Part shown: piece after piece, positions 59,629 to 64,000 of the stretch
Position numbering within the stretch: the first letter of the stretch is position 1
Layout of the letters: each line of letters starts with the position of its first letter
Origin: an uncultured bacterium
GTDB lineage: Bacteria > Chloroflexota > UBA5177 > JANWHV01
Assembly (NCBI GenBank): GCA_963827235.1
Contig: CAWHAE010000016.1
Location: 1,156,002 to 1,220,001, forward strand
Reading direction: 5' to 3'
Length of the DNA: 64,000 bases
Position numbers and translations under genes: made by a program
Notes under the pieces: model-generated
Told to the model about the DNA's origin: nothing
The model's database searches: none
Seen by the model: the letters and a program-made list of their open reading frames with translations, nothing else

Positions 59629-62419
59629 TCAAGAGGAGGCGCTGCGCGGCAGCACGGCCAGAGCGGCGGCGAGGGACTGATCCACCATGGCGGCGCGTCC
59701 TGCAGCCAAAGCCGCTTCATAGGCATTCGTGCCCAGCGTGCGCCGAAGGGCGTCCGCGATCTGGTCTGCGGCCTCGCGCTCGCTGGGCAGCAAGCTCTGG
59801 CCCAGGCTAGAGCGCAGTCCGTCTGCTGCTGCCAGCAGCCATGTTGCCCGCTCCGCCTGTCCCGAGAGCGCCAGCACCTCCCCCAAGTCTTGCAGGCACA
59901 CCGCGATGTTCGGCCGATTGCCCTGGTCCCGGTGCATCTTGAGGCTCTCCTGTATGAGCGCCACGGCTCGTGGGTAGTCCTGCTGGGCTCTGGCCATCTT
60001 GGCGACGTTCGTGAGCGCGATAGCCACGAGCCACTTGTCGTCCGAATCCGACACGAGATGCAGACACTTGTTGGCCAATACAGTGGCGCCTGCCGCGTCG
60101 CCCTGCGCCTGCACGACCAGCGCGAGCGTGGCAAGAACGAGGGCGTGAGTCGGCTTGTCTTCCAGGTAGCCGTGCACGACCAGGGCTTCCCGGTACATGG
60201 CCTCCGCGCGCGGATAATCGCCGCGTCCACGCGCCAGCTCGCCGAGGAAATAGAAGACGAAGCTGGCGTACCAATCCCGGCCAAGCTCGTTGTAGAGCGC
60301 GAGGCTCTCCTCGAGGAGTGTCTCCACGCGTCCATAATCGCCCTGGTCCAGTGCGCTCAGCGCCCGGATGGTGGTCGCATGGGCGATGCCAAGCGTATTG
60401 CCGCTCTGGCGACTGAGCGCGAGCCCCTCCTCCGCCCACGACCCTGCCTGCGCATAGTTGCCCAAGAAGAATGCCACCCAGCCTGCCCCGATCAAACCGC
60501 CTGCTCGTACCTCCGGCGGCACCTGCCGTCCATCTGCCAGGAACCGTTCCAGCCAGCGCCCGCCCTCGAGCAGGTGACCGCCGCGATACCAGAACCACGA
60601 CAGCGCGGCCGCGAGCCGCAAGCCCTGCTCGACGCAGCCTACCTCGGCGCAAGTCGTCAAGGCAGCGCGCAAGTTGTCGTGCTCGCGCTCCAACCGTGTG
60701 AGCCAGGTGCGCCACGCCTGCCCCGTCAGGTGGGGTGCCGCCTCTTCTGCCAGCTCCAGGAAGTACACCGCATGACGGGCACGGAAGCGCCCCGTCTCGC
60801 CCCGTGCTGTCAGGGCTTCGCGGGCATACTCGTGCAGTGTCTCCAGCAGGACGAAGCGCGGCTCACCCTCGTCCGCGGCATCGTCCCGGCGCAGCAGACT
60901 CTCCTCGACGAGGGACGTCACGCCGTCGAGGATGTCATACCCGGCCAGTACGTCCTCGGGCTCATCCGAGGGACGGCAAATAGCCTCGATGGCCGCCAGG
61001 GTGCGTCCGCCGGTGAAGACGGCAAGGCGGGCGAAGAGAGCTTGTCCTTGCGACGAGAGCAAGCGGTAGCTCCAGTCGATTGTCGAGCGCAATGTTTGCT
61101 GGCGGACGGGCAGATTGCGCGGCCCGCCGGTCAGCGTGGCCAGGCGGTTGTCGAGGCGCGCCAGCAGCGCGGGCGGTGACAGCAGACGCACCCGCGCGGC
61201 AGCCAGCTCGATGGCCAAAGGCAGTCCATCCAGCCGCGTGCAGATCTCGACCACGGCCCGTGCAGTGGCGCTGGTCATCGTGAAGTCCGGCCGCACCGCC
61301 AGCGCGCGCTGGATGAATAGGGCCATGGCGGCGTACTGCGTAAGCTCCTCCGGAGGCGGGGAAACGCCGCGGGGGGAAGGGCCAGGGGCGGCACGGCGTA
61401 TTCGTGTTCGCCGTAGACTCGGAGCACGGTGCGGCTGGTGACCACGAGGCGCACGCGTGGACAGCTGCTCAGAAAGCGTCCGACCAACGTGGCGGCGTCG
61501 AGGACCTGCTCAAAGTTGTCCAGGATGAGCAAGAGGTGCTTCTCCGCAAGGTAGACGGCCAATCGCTCCTCCAGCGGCTGGCTGCCGGCCTCCCGCAGGC
61601 CCAGGGCAGTTGCGATAGTGACGCCGACAAGAGCAGGGTCGACGAGGGGCGCGAGATCGATGAAGAAGGCACCATCGGCGAATTGGTCGAGGAGATCGGC
61701 AGCAAGCTGCAGGGCGAGGCGGGTCTTCCCGATGCCGCCTGGGCCGGTCAGCGTGAGCAGGCGCAGATCGGGACGGCTCAGTAGCGCGGCGAGCCGGGCC
61801 AGGTCCTCCTCGCGACCAAGCAGGGGCGTGGGCTGTGTCGGAAGGTTGGTCGCGCGCCCCTCGAGCGTGTGCAACGCGGGGAAGTCGGCCGGAAGGTGCA
61901 CGGCAAGGAGCTGGTAGAGGTGTTCGGGCCGCTTGAGAATCCTTGAGGCGGTGCTGGCCAAGATCACGGAACTGCACGCCAGCAGGAGGATTGTCGCCTA
62001 CCAGGTCATGGGTAGCGGCCGAGAGCAAGATCTGCCCTCCATGCGCTGCCGCGGCTACGCGCGCGGCTCGGTTCACCGCAGGAGCGTAGTAGTCTCCGGC
62101 ACGTAGCGTGGCCTCGCCGGTGTGCAGGCCCATACGCACTCGCATCGGTCCGGTCTCCCGGCCAAGATGCCGCCGCCAGAGCACGCTGGGCGGTGAGCGC
62201 AGCCGCCAGTGCATCGCCCGCCGCCGCGAACACGGCGTGCACGCCGTCGCCGCGCAGCTTCACGACGTAGCCGCCGCAGCCCTCAATGGTCTCCCGCAGC
62301 ATGCGGTCGTGCTGGCTAAGCGCCGCCTGCATCGCCTCCGGATGCTGCTCCCACAGCCGGGTGCTGCCCTCGATGTCCGTGAAGAGGAAGGTGACGGTGC
62401 CCGTGGGTAAAGCAGGCAT
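59629..62419 (-). CDS. Class III adenylate cyclase + STAND ATPase + TPR protein (frameshifts near 62170, 61940, 61375)
   Basis: [38 protein letters not shown]; [30 protein letters not shown]. Confidence 0.85.
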
Positions 62420-62545
62420 GGACGGCGGCCTCCTCGGAAACCAAGGGGTAGCCTCACGGCCCCAGTATAGCATGGCCCGGCGATGGCACCTGGGAGGTTC
62501 CCAGACGGCCCTGACGGCGAGTTGCAACCAAGCAGCTCCTGCCGG

Positions 62546-64000
62546 GTAAGAGTTCAGAGTCGAGGTCAAAGAGTCTGCAAGGCGTGGAGGCAGGCAGCGA
62601 AGGGGTTGAGGTCGCGCGCAGCCCAGGTGGAGAAGACGCTGGCCAGGTCGCAACGGATGGCCGAGCCGGCATCGCCGCGCGAGCCACCGCTGATCTTGCG
62701 GGCGATCACCTGGGGACGCACGGTGCGTTCGGCCAGGTTGTTCGTGGGGCTGACGCCGGGCGTGCGGATGAACTCGAACAGTTCGCTCTCATAGCGGTGC
62801 AGGCGGGTGGCCAAGACCTGAGCCGGATGCCCGGGCGTCGTGCGATAGCAGCGGGCCAGCAGCCGCAGCCGCCGTTCCAGGTTGCGGGCCACGCGGGCAC
62901 GCTCCCGCAGGGTGCAGGCGGACAGGTCCAAGGCACGCGCACCGGCAAAGAGGTCCTTGAGCGCACGGACCCAGTCCTGCACGTCTGGCCGCGCAGGGCA
63001 GTCCGCACCGAGCTTGTGGGCGTCGCGCAAGAGATGGGCCCAACAGCGCTGGTGTGGTCCGGGGTACTGGTCGTAGGCCGCGTAGAAGTCGGTGCTCAGC
63101 ACGCCGCCAAAGTCGCCCACCAGCTCCCGTGCCACCTGGCCCAATCGGCTCGGGTGGAAGGTATACAGCCGCGTGGCCGCCGGCCCGTCCGTGGCTTGCA
63201 CCCACAAATAGCCGTTCTGCCCGTCTTGGCGCCAGCCCGTTTCGTCCATGTACTGCACCGGACTGGCCCGTGTCTGGGCTCGAATCGTCGCCACCACCGG
63301 TGCCAACTGCTGCCGCAGGCGGGCCAGGATGTCTTGCAGGCCGCCGATCGAGAACCGGAGCCCGTAGACCTGGTCCAGCAAGGCTTGCACCTGTGCCAAG
63401 GGTAGCCGAGCGCTGGTGCGCAAGACACCAATCAGGCTGGCCAGCCGCACGCCTATCCGCCCCTGCCCCAACACCTGCCCCGCAAAAGAGACCCGCGGCG
63501 TCTTGTATGCGCGACAGACCGGACAGTACCGCTTGAGGGTCTGGTGCTCCACCACGCTCACCGGCGTGGCCGGCACCTCCAGCACTTCCCGCCGCCGCTG
63601 CACCGCTCCGTCGCGTAACGTATAGCCGCAATCCGGACAGCGGTCATAGGCGTGTCGGACGTATTGGCTCGGCGTGCTCCGCGGCCGACCATGGTTCTGC
63701 TCCGCCGCCCGCTGTCGCCGCGTTTCCCCTTCCGCCTTCTCCCGCTTGACCCGGTTGGCCTTGGCCCAGGGCGGCGGCGGCCGCTTCTCCGCCTCCAGTT
63801 CAGCTATCCGCTGTTCCAGTGCCGCCACTTTCACGCGTAAAGCCGCGTTTTCGACCTGGAGTTGCGCCACCTGCTCCCGCAGCAGCGCATTCTGGATCTG
63901 CAGTTCGGCAATCAGGGCGAGGGCGTCTTCGAGCGTCATCCCTTGACGCTACCCGCTTCATCCATAGCGGGCCAGCAACCTCAACCGATTGCACCTGCAT
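62546..64000 (-). mobile_element. IS66-family element (single-ORF type); far end beyond the window
   Basis: GTAAG terminal motif at 62546 next to the transposase stop. Confidence 0.7.
62566..63939 (-). CDS. IS66-family transposase
   Basis: N-terminal coiled coil, CPDCG, MDETGW, STDFYAAY, QRCWAHLLR, PTNNLAERTVR..RKISGG. Confidence 0.93.
   Translation of the reverse strand: MTLEDALALIAELQIQNALLREQVAQLQVENAALRVKVAALEQRIAELEAEKRPPPPWAKANRVKREKAEGETRRQRAAEQNHGRPRSTPSQYVRHAYDRCPDCGYTLRDGAVQRRREVLEVPATPVSVVEHQTLKRYCPVCRAYKTPRVSFAGQVLGQGRIGVRLASLIGVLRTSARLPLAQVQALLDQVYGLRFSIGGLQDILARLRQQLAPVVATIRAQTRASPVQYMDETGWRQDGQNGYLWVQATDGPAATRLYTFHPSRLGQVARELVGDFGGVLSTDFYAAYDQYPGPHQRCWAHLLRDAHKLGADCPARPDVQDWVRALKDLFAGARALDLSACTLRERARVARNLERRLRLLARCYRTTPGHPAQVLATRLHRYESELFEFIRTPGVSPTNNLAERTVRPQVIARKISGGSRGDAGSAIRCDLASVFSTWAARDLNPFAACLHALQTL

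Overview
High-GC bacterial DNA. The gene content (XRE/cyclase-STAND-TPR expansions, IS1182/IS66, paired RibD-C genes) suggests a soil Chloroflexota-type organism; this is inference. Many otherwise intact genes carry single-base frameshifts, so the assembly probably has uncorrected long-read indels. Five blocks: (1) 0.2-12.6 kb: small detox/stress genes (DinB, VOC, four RibD-C/DHFR-like, SDR+TetR, RelE/RHH TA, epoxide hydrolase, DUF1801, DUF998, SnoaL), with two copies of a ~520-bp, apparently non-coding, highly structured element, each heading a different minus-strand gene run. (2) 12.8-15.3 kb: IS debris. (3) 15.5-29.3 kb: GntR/LacI-regulated oligosaccharide/sugar-acid catabolic locus (family-5 ABC, GH4, SDR, IlvD/Edd dehydratase, DHDPS-family aldolase, GH38, deacetylase). 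(4) 29.9-40 kb: IS1182 with a Zn-finger passenger, then an integrase island (primase-helicase, putative TA pair, tyrosine integrase) bounded by ~300-bp direct repeats that each contain a tRNA-Gly(CCC) mimic in opposite orientation, followed by an antitoxin-like/HNH pair. (5) 40.4-62.4 kb: five STAND ATPase-TPR proteins (three XRE-HTH, two class III cyclase), a Crp/Fnr regulator, a PaaK-like ligase, an MFS and secreted Cys-containing proteins, ending at an IS66. Best candidates for something undescribed: the duplicated large structured RNA and the flipped tRNA mimic in the island repeats.
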